Shown here piece after piece: positions 53,688 through 64,000 of a DNA stretch of 64,000 nucleotides. The notes under the pieces were generated by a model. That model had not been told where the DNA came from, did no database searches, and saw only the letters and a list, made by a program, of their open reading frames with translations. Source of the stretch: Eledone cirrhosa (taxonomy: Eukaryota). Both the position numbers and the translations under genes were made by a program. The DNA is taken from assembly GCA_964016885.1 (NCBI GenBank), contig OZ024740.1, positions 381,982,001 through 382,046,000 on the forward strand, written 5' to 3'. Within the stretch, counting starts at the first letter, position 1; each line of letters starts with the position of its first letter.

Positions 53688-53751
<64 letters not shown>

Positions 53752-54117
53752 TGTTATACTTAGGGAGGGTCATGTTGCCAATAAGAAACACACGCACCAG
53801 TTGCTTTCACTTCAATTTATTATAATAAATTTATAATGAATTTATAAATTTATAAATTTCTGGTTGGTTGGTTGGTTCCACAACCAGATAGTTGTTTATA
53901 TATTGTCATAGTTCTTTCGTCACACACTCTGTGACCTCTTCAGTGATTTCTTTCTTTGTTTCTGTGCCTCTCCTTTGTTCTGTCCTACGCCATTTTGTTT
54001 CTGTGTGTGTTGTGTGCTCAGTCTGCGCATGCGCCACATCCGGGTGTCTGTGTGTGTTTATGTTCATTTATTTATATATATATATAAAATGGCGGGCTGT
54101 TTGGTTGTAATTAAGTG

Positions 54118-54864
54118 TAATGAAAATAAAAAAAAGTTACGGGTGAAAGAGGGTATTATCCATCATCAGTTGTCTGCTATGAATCATCGATATTTCTTCG
54201 CGTTAGAGATAAGATATGTCAACCTAGGGCGATCAATAACTAAAATAAGTTATTGGGATAAAAAGGGGGAGAGAGAGAAAAACATACGTAAACAGACACG
54301 AAACGTAAAGCAACGTATTCATATAATTTTTCATATCCGCTGTGACCCGTCTTTTATCTTCCCTTGTTGCTATGCACTCTCCTCCTTCTCTCTCTTTCTC
54401 CCTCTTACTTTCGCTCACCCCTCTGCTAGTCACCTTCTCTCTGCTAGCCTGCCACTATAACTATCTCTTTCTCGCTTCCTCTTACTTTCACTCACTCCCT
54501 CTCTGCTAGTCACCCTCTCTCCGCTAGCTCACTTCCTCCCTCGTCCACCACTGCAAGCAGTCTCTTTTCTCGCTCACACTGCTACAGTCAAGACGTGTCT
54601 GTTCTCTCGACACACATTTCAGGACTTATCTCTGTAAAAAGTTTGTTGATTTGATATTTTTCCTCTCTTTACGTTGCTTTACGTTTCGTGTCTGTTTACG
54701 TATTTTTTCTCTCTCTTCCCCTTTTTATTCCAATAACTTACTTGAGTTATTGATCGCACTAGGTTGACATATCTTGTCTCTAACGTGAAGAAATATCGAT
54801 GGTTCCTAGCAGACACCTGATGATGGATAATACCCTCTTTCGCCCGTAACCTTTTATTTTCATT
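54118..54864. mobile_element. Inverted-repeat form (~200-bp arms) of the pyrimidine-rich CTGATGA family
   Basis: 54118-54317 is the reverse complement of 54670-54864. The interior (CCGCTGTGACCCGTC...) is homologous to about 11485 and 22312. Confidence 0.7.
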
Positions 54865-54884
54865 ATATATATATATATACATAC

Positions 54885-54937
<53 letters not shown>

Positions 54938-56656
54938 TGTGTATGATTGTGAGTGAATGAAATGTGAAATCAAAATTGTCGAGTTACAATTAAACTCCGC
55001 TTCCAATTCCATGTTGTAGTTCATCAACAATACTTTTCTTTTGCAGTAAATACATGTTTCATGTCTGTATACATATATTTTAAGTAGGTTTGATATGCTT
55101 AACATCACTGTTTTGAAATCAATGCTTCTGATGAAGATATTATGAAGCCATGCAACTCTCTACTTTATTTCCATAATGATTGCTCTGATTTATTCGAATA
55201 TCCAACAGACAAATCACCGAAAATTAACTTTTAATTTTAATTAACTGACCATTATTTCTCATTATCACCTGCACATTTCCCCCATGATATCAGACACCAA
55301 ATATTGCTAAAATATTGACATCAAAAGAAGATTTTAAATCCAAGAAGATTAAATTGCTCTCCAGGGGTTAATAAATAATAAAATGGACGCTTAAATATTA
55401 TAAACTAAACATGCAGCGGATTTATCGCATGTATCCAAAATTAGTATGTTATATTATACATAATGTAGAGTAAGATATTTGAATTTTTTTCTTCTGTTTC
55501 ATTATACAGATTTACATTTCCGTAGCGTGCAATGTTTTTATCGTGTGGGGAAGTGCTATAATTATTAGGAAATAAAGAATAGTTAAGTCATTCTCGAGCC
55601 GAAAGGCACACCAGGCCACCGCTTATCTGTTTCCATTGGCAGTACAGGATGTCAATCTGGTTCAAACCCACAGTTGCTGCTATGGATAATTTTCAGTTGC
55701 GTTGGCTGGCAGAACGAGAAATCATGTTCTTTACTATTTGGCGAAAACGTGCCATCTGCTATATGAATCAAATCAACGCACGATCGCACTAATAATATAA
55801 AGAAAGCAAAATGTTAGAATGAAGGAAGTGAATCTAGGTTTGGATCTTTGTTGCCATCGGTTAATTTATATAGGATTTACAAGAATTATCCAGCTCTGCA
55901 ATATACAAAGATGTTTGCACACATAACATTAAAAGAACATAGTAACATACGTCAAACAATTACTACTTCCACCACAGTTCTACCACCACAGTTGATGTTA
56001 TGGTAATCAGCCATTTTGAGCTACACACACTCACACAGATACACACACACACATATATATATATATCATTACAAAATAGTGAATGATATATATATATATA
56101 TATATCCAATGATTTAAACGTACAATAGAACATATCAAACTTTAGCAGGAGACAATCTTTATAGAATGTAAGAACACATGTTTCAATAGAGTATCATATT
56201 AAAATTTAACTAAAATTAAAAATATAGAAGCCTGATAAAAATTATATATATTTTCCTCATATGTATCCTTCACAAATCATGAAAACATTTCACCAAATAT
56301 CGGTGAAGTTCGATGATCGATCTGGATCGTCAGTGAGCCAATCGATACTCTGAAATTACAACCGTTAATATACAGAACTGAGAACGACGGAAGAAGCACA
56401 TGGTTTTATGAAAAAAACAATGCACGCTGTCACCGTCCACAGTGAACTGAAAGGGTTTAATGAAAACTAGAAATAGCGGGCTATCCTCTCATCATATTTA
56501 AAGCTCAACCAAGCAGGAGCATAAATATATTGCGTTCAACATTATTTTGTAAATATTAAATGCTCGGATTTATTCCTTGAATTTTTCTTTGAGCTTATTT
56601 TTCGGTGATAAGACGCATGTTTGAGATTATCTCCAACATGACATCTATAAGTTTGA

Positions 56657-56719
<63 letters not shown>

Positions 56720-56721
<2 letters not shown>

Positions 56722-56780
56722 AGGAACGAGTGGGACCCCGACGGCTGAGCTCAAACCGCTTCGACGGCTAATTCTGGACT
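56720..56780 (-). mobile_element. Single arm of the 37181-37374 family
   Basis: TAGGAACGAGTGGGACCCCGACGGCTGAGCTC...AATTCTGGACT directly follows (TA)n and stops at the same loop as the hairpin centre at 37315-37318. Confidence 0.7.
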
Positions 56781-57049
56781 AAATAAAAATGTTTATCCTG
56801 GTACATGAATAGCCGAGCTTCTCAGGGGATAATTCCATATATGGTAAAAGTGATTGTCACAAGGATTCGTCAAAAGTTTGTTGTTGAGACACATAATTCT
56901 ATCATGGCAATTTGTGGAAGGAAGTGGTAGCTGAACCTGCCAGTAGAAGAAAGTGGGAGAGGGAATGGAGGAAACACAGTCGTGCGTAGATAGTGCCAAC
57001 TACATCAGTGTTTTCTCCTCTCCCTCTCCCTCTTTCTTCTACTGGCATC

Positions 57050-57266
57050 ATATGATTCCAGTTCCTCAGAGAAATAACAACCTAACCAGGAATTGGACAT
57101 ATCAGAGTATTGACCAAATTATACACCTCAACAACATATGTACTTGTCTATACCACACTAATTCGGACTGCCTGAAGAAGTCACAGCCAAAGATGGCTGT
57201 CACTGAAATATATATAGCAGTAATAAACGAAGGTAAATGTTAAACATTTGACTTTTTATTTAACTT

Positions 57267-57272
<6 letters not shown>
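57050..57272 (+). mobile_element. Single-arm copy of the 9855-10397 family, with a hammerhead at 57167-57221
   Basis: ACTGC CTGAAGA AGTcACAGCC-aaagat-GGCTGTcACT GAAA TATATA TA GCAGT. It ends in (TA)n and is preceded by a ~40-bp-stem hairpin at 56938-57047. Confidence 0.8.
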
Positions 57273-57313
<41 letters not shown>

Positions 57314-57373
57314 TATATATATATATATGAAACAAAAACAAAGAGCGCTTACATCATCAATTAATCCTTGTTT

Positions 57374-57418
57374 GCTGACAGCGTTTCTTCCTTGCATAAT
57401 TGCAGGACACATCAGAGC
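57374..57418 (-). ncRNA. Degenerate hammerhead motif
   Basis: Minus strand: GCT CTGATGT gTCCTGCA-atta-TGCAaGGAa GAAA CGCTG TC AGC (A9 mutated). It lies about 45 nt from a (TA)n tract. Confidence 0.45.
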
Positions 57419-57917
57419 GTTATAAAGAGAAATTAGATCAATAGTATAAACTCTAACGACCTATATCACAAGAACGATCCATGTGTAGCACAGAGCACTA
57501 AGAAGTGCGGGGTGCTTGGACGACGCGTCACCACTAGAAGCCGATACATATAAGACCCAAATCAGTTACAATAATTAAAGATAGGGAAAAATAAAAGATT
57601 AGGAAATTAAAGATAAGAGATAAAACGTAAAGGGTAGAGTCTAGAAGTAAGGATAAAATAAAGATAACAATAAAGTTATGATAATATAAGAAAATATAAA
57701 AAAAATAATAAAAATAATAAAATAAAAATTAGAATAAAATATATAAGCAATGCAAATAAATGCAAACAAATTTAGTTGTAGACAGTAAAGGATTTCAGGG
57801 GTGACAGTTTAACAATAATATCAACGAAAGTGAATGATGTAGGCAGAGTCAGATATAGCCGGAGCCAGATAAAGCGATCATATAGTGGAATTCCATGTAT
57901 CCATCACAGTATGGCAA

Positions 57918-58869
57918 TCTATATATATAAAACTGAGGTTTTCTGTCTGTCTATCGATTTCTGGCACACATCTCCTCTTAGAATCTCTCACGGAATTGCA
58001 CCGAAATTGCTATACTTGTACATTGAGCCCTAGCGAAGACATCGGAAAAAATATATTTCAAATTGACCCGCTCTATCTGACGAAATCGAATATAATGTAT
58101 CGATTTTTGAGCGTAAGTGATCAGTTATTTCCCTTTGTTCTGTTTACATTGAGCGTCTGCGTGCAAAAATTAAAAAAATTACGTTGGCTTTCTCAGCGTT
58201 TAAAATGACATTAACACAATACACAATACACGTTTTGCTTCATTTCCATTTAAAAGCCTTTTAAAACAATATTTTTACTTGAAAACAAGTCTATTTAAAG
58301 ACTACGTAAAACAAGCAAATATTTCGTAAAAAAAAGCAAAAATTATATAAGTTTATTTAAAATATATGTATCTGTAAATTTCGTTAGGCGTGCAGACAGA
58401 CAGTCGTGCAGACAGAGTCGTGCAGAGAGGTGATATACGCGTGCAGACAGACAGTCGTGCAGAGAGGTGATATACGCGTGCAGACAGATAGTCGTGCATG
58501 GAGGTGATATAGGCGTGCAGACAGACAGTCGTGCAGAGAGGTGATATAGGCGTGCAGACAGACATAACTGATAATTTGGTTACGCTAATGTTTTTCTCTG
58601 CGTTGCAGTGTTTACATTTTCGATCTTTGTTAATAAATAACCAGTGCAGTTTCTATCCCCAGCATCCTCTTTTGTTATAACATTCGGGTTATCGTTATGT
58701 TTTCTTAACTTCATAAGGCATATTGTTGGTTGAGGGAATATTAATCAAAAACACCACATGCAAGTCTGCACAGTAGACACTACAGTTTTTAAGCCAAGAA
58801 AGAAACTTAACATTGTAACTTTAACACAGCTACTGAGCGACCCCGAGCAACGCCGGGCTTTACTGCTAG
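57918..58869 (+). mobile_element. Non-autonomous Helitron
   Basis: The 5' end is A|TCTATATATATAAAACTGAGG. The 3' end is CCCGAGCAACGCCGGG (hairpin) CTTTACTGCTAG|T. The termini match those of 580-1900. Confidence 0.88.
58387..58563 (+). repeat. ~37-bp minisatellite inside the Helitron
   Basis: Unit GCGTGCAGACAGACAGTCGTGCAGAGAGGTGATATAC/G, about 4.5 copies. Confidence 0.9.
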
Positions 58870-59052
58870 TAAGTGTTATAGGTGGCGTTCAAATGCAATT
58901 TATCTGTGTGGTTCACAGAACATATAGGTCGCTAAAGCAAAGCGTAGTGGAAGCAGGTGAAAGCAATCATCATGGATATCAGTAGAATATAACGTTTGCG
59001 TGTGTGTGTGTTTGCGTGTAAGTCTACATAGACCCACGTACATACGCACACA

Positions 59053-59119
<67 letters not shown>

Positions 59120-59429
59120 ATACATACTTGTATCTACGTGTTCCATTCGTCCGTGTTACCCCTTACGATTACAATACCATCCCCTCCAGTCTCACGTTGG
59201 GATCAATACCTCCGCATCATAGCTATGGGGTTGTGAATCCATGCAATCCTAAGTTTCCCAGCATACCACGTGGTGTAACGAATGACTTAAATTATCCGAG
59301 ACATACAAGTATAGATGTAAGTATACATTTCAAGCATTGAGCTAATTAAATATTGTCATAAATTCGACAGGACGCCCGTATCTTATACACACGTTCTGTC
59401 GTCTAAATATAATACATATATATATATAT

Positions 59430-59640
59430 GAAAAGAGTCAGGAACCCGACGGTTGAGCTCCGGCCGTTCAGACAGCGAAATCCGAACTATGTCACCACTT
59501 TAGTTCGGAGCTAGGTGTCGAAACGGTCGGAGTTCAGCCGTCAGAGTTCTGACTCTTTTGATACTACCCACTTGACTACGCTAACTATCGAGTACTCTAG
59601 TGCGTGATGGTACATCTGGTATCTTACCACATCTTCTTTG

Positions 59641-59643
<3 letters not shown>
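59430..59643 (+). mobile_element. Diverged member of the short fold-back family
   Basis: A hairpin at 59431-59559 is centred on TCCGAACTA...TAGTTCGGA and followed by GAAACGGTCGGAGTTCAGCCGTC. The tail is homologous to 35385-35465. (TA)n flanks both sides. Confidence 0.7.
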
Positions 59644-59713
<70 letters not shown>

Positions 59714-60295
59714 AGGAATGGAAACAGCACGGAAATAATTTTCAAGATCCTATAACCTCCGTTTTGTATAGAACCTTACTCCCTTTTCATATAAATATAT
59801 ATATATATATATATATTGAAAGTAGAAAAACGTAACGATTATATAGCTAAACATATATGTTTACTTTAAAGGTTTCAAACAAAACTTCAACTCCAGTACT
59901 CAATATGATTAATTAACCCAGCATATTGCGAAATGAGAATATATTGTTAACAAATTATAGAAGATATATTCATCAAATGAGAAAAGTTTCAAAACGTCGG
60001 CAACGGCATTATACCAACGCCATACTCACAACCATACTCATAGCAAGAAAATAAATTGTACTTTTAGTTAACGCTGTTTTATTCTCCGATTTCCAAACAT
60101 TTCAACCTGTTTTAAGACTCTCCAAGAAATATTGCACTATGAAATATAGCAACACTGAAATAATGCATGTGACAAAAATCACAACTAATTAATAACAATT
60201 GATAACACACAATGCAAAACTAATAACATATAAACCCTGAAAGCGAACTGCTATAGAAAAGCTATATTCGATTTCGTCAAATAAACACTAATAAT

Positions 60296-60473
60296 TGTTT
60301 TTTTCTATTGGCACAAGGCCAGCAATTATCCAGTACATTATTGATGCTTTATTTTATCGACCCTTTAAGGATGAAAGGGAAAGTTAACCTCGGCGGGATA
60401 TTAACTCAAACAGTAAAGGGCCATAACTCTATGCTGCAAAGTATAGCGTTCGACCCCCTACCGATGTTGTCAA
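60296..60473 (-). mobile_element. Diverged SINE copy
   Basis: Colinear with the family and preceded by ATAAT. Confidence 0.82.
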
Positions 60474-61034
60474 TTATGACTGCTTTTATCGTTCTTTTGT
60501 GTTTTCTAAAATAATTGTAATGAGGGGATTTTTTTACAAAATATTATCTTCGAATTTTAGTGTATCTGCTCGTATATTCGTCTTCATGTTCTAACTTGCG
60601 CTCTCTTTTCCTTAGAAATCATTATGCGATGATAGTATTTGCTTGTGACCTTAGTGATATGTGATAATATATACTCACAGACACATAAACAGGCACACTC
60701 ACAGAGTGAGAGAGAAGAACACACACACACACACACGCACATTTAGACTGTAAATAAATCCCCCTTTTATGTACTGTTGACCATGTTATTCTTCACTTTT
60801 TCAATTATATATATATATATATAAAATGTGTATGTGTGTGTGTCTGTGTGTGTATGTGTGTGTGTGTGTGTGTGTGTGCATGTGTGTGCATATGTGTGCC
60901 TGTGTGTCGAACATTAAACATATATTGTCTCTGTTCTCAGAGGCAAAATGCAGCTAAATTATTTCACATATCTGATACCAAACAAACAGTAAATGTGGTT
61001 TTGGTGCGCTCCGAAAATGCAAGAGCTAAATAAT

Positions 61035-61221
61035 TGTTTCTACTTTTGGCACAAGGCCACCAAGTACCCAGTGCATTACTGGTACTTTATCTTATCGACC
61101 CCGGAAGGATGACAGGCAAAGTTAGCCTCGGCGGGATTTGAACTCAGATCATACAGGGAGGTAACTCTATGCTTCAAAGCATGGCGTCCGACCCTCTACC
61201 GATACTGCCAATCCACCGCCC
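61035..61221 (-). mobile_element. Full-length SINE with a 17-bp TSD
   Basis: The TSD TGCAAGAGCTAAATAAT lies at 61018-61034 and 61222-61238. Confidence 0.93.
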
Positions 61222-62109
61222 TGCAAGAGCTAAATAATATCTGATCAGTTGTTTGTGACATCGATTTCTTCGAAATCAATAAGAGCTTCTTGTAAGCAAC
61301 TCCCAAGACAATATTCTTGCGTCGTGTCTATTTACTATAAGCCTGCGCGATAAGTTTTGCACTTGAATTGACAAAATTATGGATATTAGATTCACTCTAA
61401 TAAGAATCACTTCTCCTCGTCACCCAGACGCATCAATATCCGACACAGATACCATGATGGTATCGTTCTCTTCTGATAGAAGAATGTACCAGTGTTCTAC
61501 ATAAACTTGAACAGTGGCCTAAGATATTGATATTAATATCCACGCCTAGAAGACTGAATACATCTGCTACGATCAGTAAATAAAATCATATAAAATATTT
61601 TACAATCTGTAGGCTCCGTCATATACATAGGAGGGAACATCCCCTCAACAGAAAAAGATCTAAAATTTCAATTCGTAGAAGTATGGGCTATTCTAGTTTA
61701 CCAGAGTGTCCTTTGGAGATCATCAATGTCCGATGACCTTAAGAAAAATATTTTGCCACCACGCTTACGTTCTTATTGCCTGGACGTGCATGGAACACCA
61801 ACCATAATAATACTTACACCTCAATGTTACGGGCTACTGTAAATGATTTTTAGAAGGAGCATCCGGTAAATAAAGGTTCTATGGCAATATTTTCGGAATC
61901 ACTGATATTATTGGAGGGAAACGCATGCGCTTTGCAGTATTTTCGTGGAGAGTTAGGAAACAACTCATTAGTCTTATACTTGTTACCTTGTTTGCATTCC
62001 AAACGCTATGGTGGAGCAAGGCAAATGGCGAGATTGAGTTGAAGAAATACGAGCAGTGTGTGTGTACACTTACACACATACACGCACACACACACATACA
62101 CACACACAC

Positions 62110-62730
62110 ATATATATATAAACTGAAGTTGGGCGTTGTTTGTTTGCTCCGTTCATCCGATTTTCATGAAACTTGACACATATATAAAACTCGACCCGTA
62201 GATTGCAAAAGGCTCCTTGAAATTTTTGAAAAATCGATAATCGGGCCCCCAGAAGCCAAACAACGATATTTTCAAAAATCGTCCGATTTCGATGAAACTC
62301 AATGCAAGTGTATATTTGGATCCGGGGATGAACGTGGGTTACAATACATTTTCGAAAGATCGATAATCGGACCCCAGAGGCAAAAATCGAAATTTGAAAT
62401 TTGATATTACCACAATAATAGATCCATTAGGAGTTACTCCAAAGCTGCAAAAAATTCAGAAAGTTTTTTAAACTCATAAATCATGTGTTAAATGAGACCT
62501 TTAAGAGTTAAGGCAGATAATTATTTATAGTTTAATTAACAATGGCGCAATATTGTGGAAATATGTAAATCTACGCCTTTCTTTATGTGAAAATGGAAGG
62601 CTTTACAAACATATATTCAGGGTCCTTTGAGTAGAATTCTTAATTCTTAAATAATTGTAGAGTCAACAAAATATATGACAGAATGTTTGTCATATTTTTT
62701 TCAAAAATCTTTCGATTTCAATGAAATTTA
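62110..62730 (+). mobile_element. Probable Helitron-type 5' region (3' end not seen)
   Basis: TATATATATAAACTGAAGTT...GTTTGTTTG resembles the 57918 5' end. CCGATTTYNATGAAA units of about 125 bp recur at 62157 and 62283, with a remnant at 62712. Confidence 0.45.
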
Positions 62731-64000
62731 ATATGTATGTATTCAAACACAAGCACTTTTAGCCTACACATGGCGCAATCAAAATCAATTTCATATGACC
62801 ATATAAGCACGCACACACTCTGACTCACGCGCGTTATTGATTGGACGCCCTGTCTATACCACGAGCAGTATGTTTTCTCAACGATAGATACACAAACAGG
62901 TATGCACGCACGTGCGAACCGCCTTTTTCTATTTGTGTGTATCCGCTTTTTGTTAACAACAATAAATCCGGCCGTCTCACTAAACGGACCTTTACAGAAT
63001 TTGCCCACTTACTTATCGGTGAGTTAGTGCTTATTTATTTAGTCTACTTGCATGCCATTTCAGTTAAATTTAATTCATTTTTCGCCTTCCTTAGATTTAA
63101 AAATCCCTATTGGGACTAGGGGATTGTCGACATCTTAGCGTTAAACTTTTCATATTCCCCCTTATTCAAGTGCAAATACAGTATTATCCCTATCTGAAAG
63201 GAAACCAAATTTAATGGTGTCTTTTGTGATGCCAAAAGCTAAAAGCGGTGAGTAAATTTTCAAACAGTCTTAAATAATCATGCTTTTTGAAAAACATTTA
63301 CTAAATTTATAATTTGACCAAGTTGTATTGGACACATACAAAGTTGTAAACAATTTCTTAATTCATAACACTACTGTCACAGCCTTTTGCACAGGAAGTG
63401 AGTAAGTTTTCGAGTTTTTAAACGTAAGTTCACCAGGGTTTGTGTCTTTACCATTATTAGCCCACCTCTAATGGAATTTTTTGTTCTGTTTACGACTAAA
63501 TGTTATGAGAGTATTTGCAAATTGCTATTGTTCTTTAAAATTTTAATTAGTTGTCATAGACCATCTGTATGCAGTGCAATCGATTGCGCACACGTACACA
63601 CCTGCATGTAGATAAACACTGACAGCTAATAAAAAAAATCGATAATTTGCTTATTAAGACATCGGTCAAAAGGAGAGATTGAATGTACTTTAGAAAGTTT
63701 TTTGAATATATTGTTCTTTTTGGCTACTATTCACTTTGGTTATTTTTTGTAACTAAGAAACGCTTCCTTTTAGGTGGATACTAACGAGAAAGATCCCAGG
63801 GTTTTGGACAAGTTTGTTTCAGGCAATGTATAAACGCCAATTTTGTCACACCGTGGTCATGAATTAGTATTCTTTTCCAATAGATACTGTAGTTTCCCTC
63901 TATAAGGCTCACCGGGATATAAGGCGTATCATTTAAAATCAGGTCCGCACAACGGCGTGTATGGCCAACCAGGAAAATCCTATCTTCTTTACTTCTATTA

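Larger units (their letters stand above)
52319..53695. mobile_element. ~1.4-kb palindromic PLE pLTR-type insert with opposed hammerheads
   Basis: About 52405-52920 mirrors 52960-53695, and the right arm has an extra ~215-bp duplication. The centre has a 28-bp tandem duplication. The tail is 52319-52404. (TA)n flanks both sides. Confidence 0.85.

Noticed and set aside
54780-54830. Possible SECIS element (GTGAA...CTGAT), since some PLEs encode selenoproteins
   Set aside because: The required upper helix does not pair and there is no linked UGA-containing ORF.
58387-58563. CRISPR-like regularly spaced 37-bp repeats
   Set aside because: The units are contiguous with no unique spacers, lie inside a Helitron, are in a eukaryotic context and have no cas genes nearby.

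Overview
AT-rich, microsatellite-saturated eukaryotic DNA. It is most likely a cephalopod (Octopus-like) intergenic or intronic region; this is inferred from the repeat content and not verified. No host protein-coding gene can be identified with confidence, and most tracked ORFs are microsatellite read-throughs or antisense shadows. The window is a mosaic of mobile elements: about 13 copies of one tRNA-derived SINE; a near full-length Tx1/L1-type LINE (15630-21510) back-to-back with a 5'-truncated Dong/R4-type LINE (14067-15560) in one (TAA)n tract; RTE and CR1-like fragments; two or three Helitrons; and a Penelope-like (PLE) GIY-YIG fragment. The main unexplained layer is roughly 20 non-coding inserts bounded by (TA)n tracts, built as head-to-head palindromes or as 1.2-1.3-mer direct repeats. 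Many carry minimal type I hammerhead ribozyme motifs (CUGANGA...GAAA-palindromic loop-UH), consistent with PLE pseudo-LTR or retrozyme-like elements. Several have their inversion centre at or next to the ribozyme stem II, and several families share an ACTC...GAGTRCT tail motif. Separately, the SINE appears to share its 3' tail and an ATAAT target with the Tx1-type LINE.
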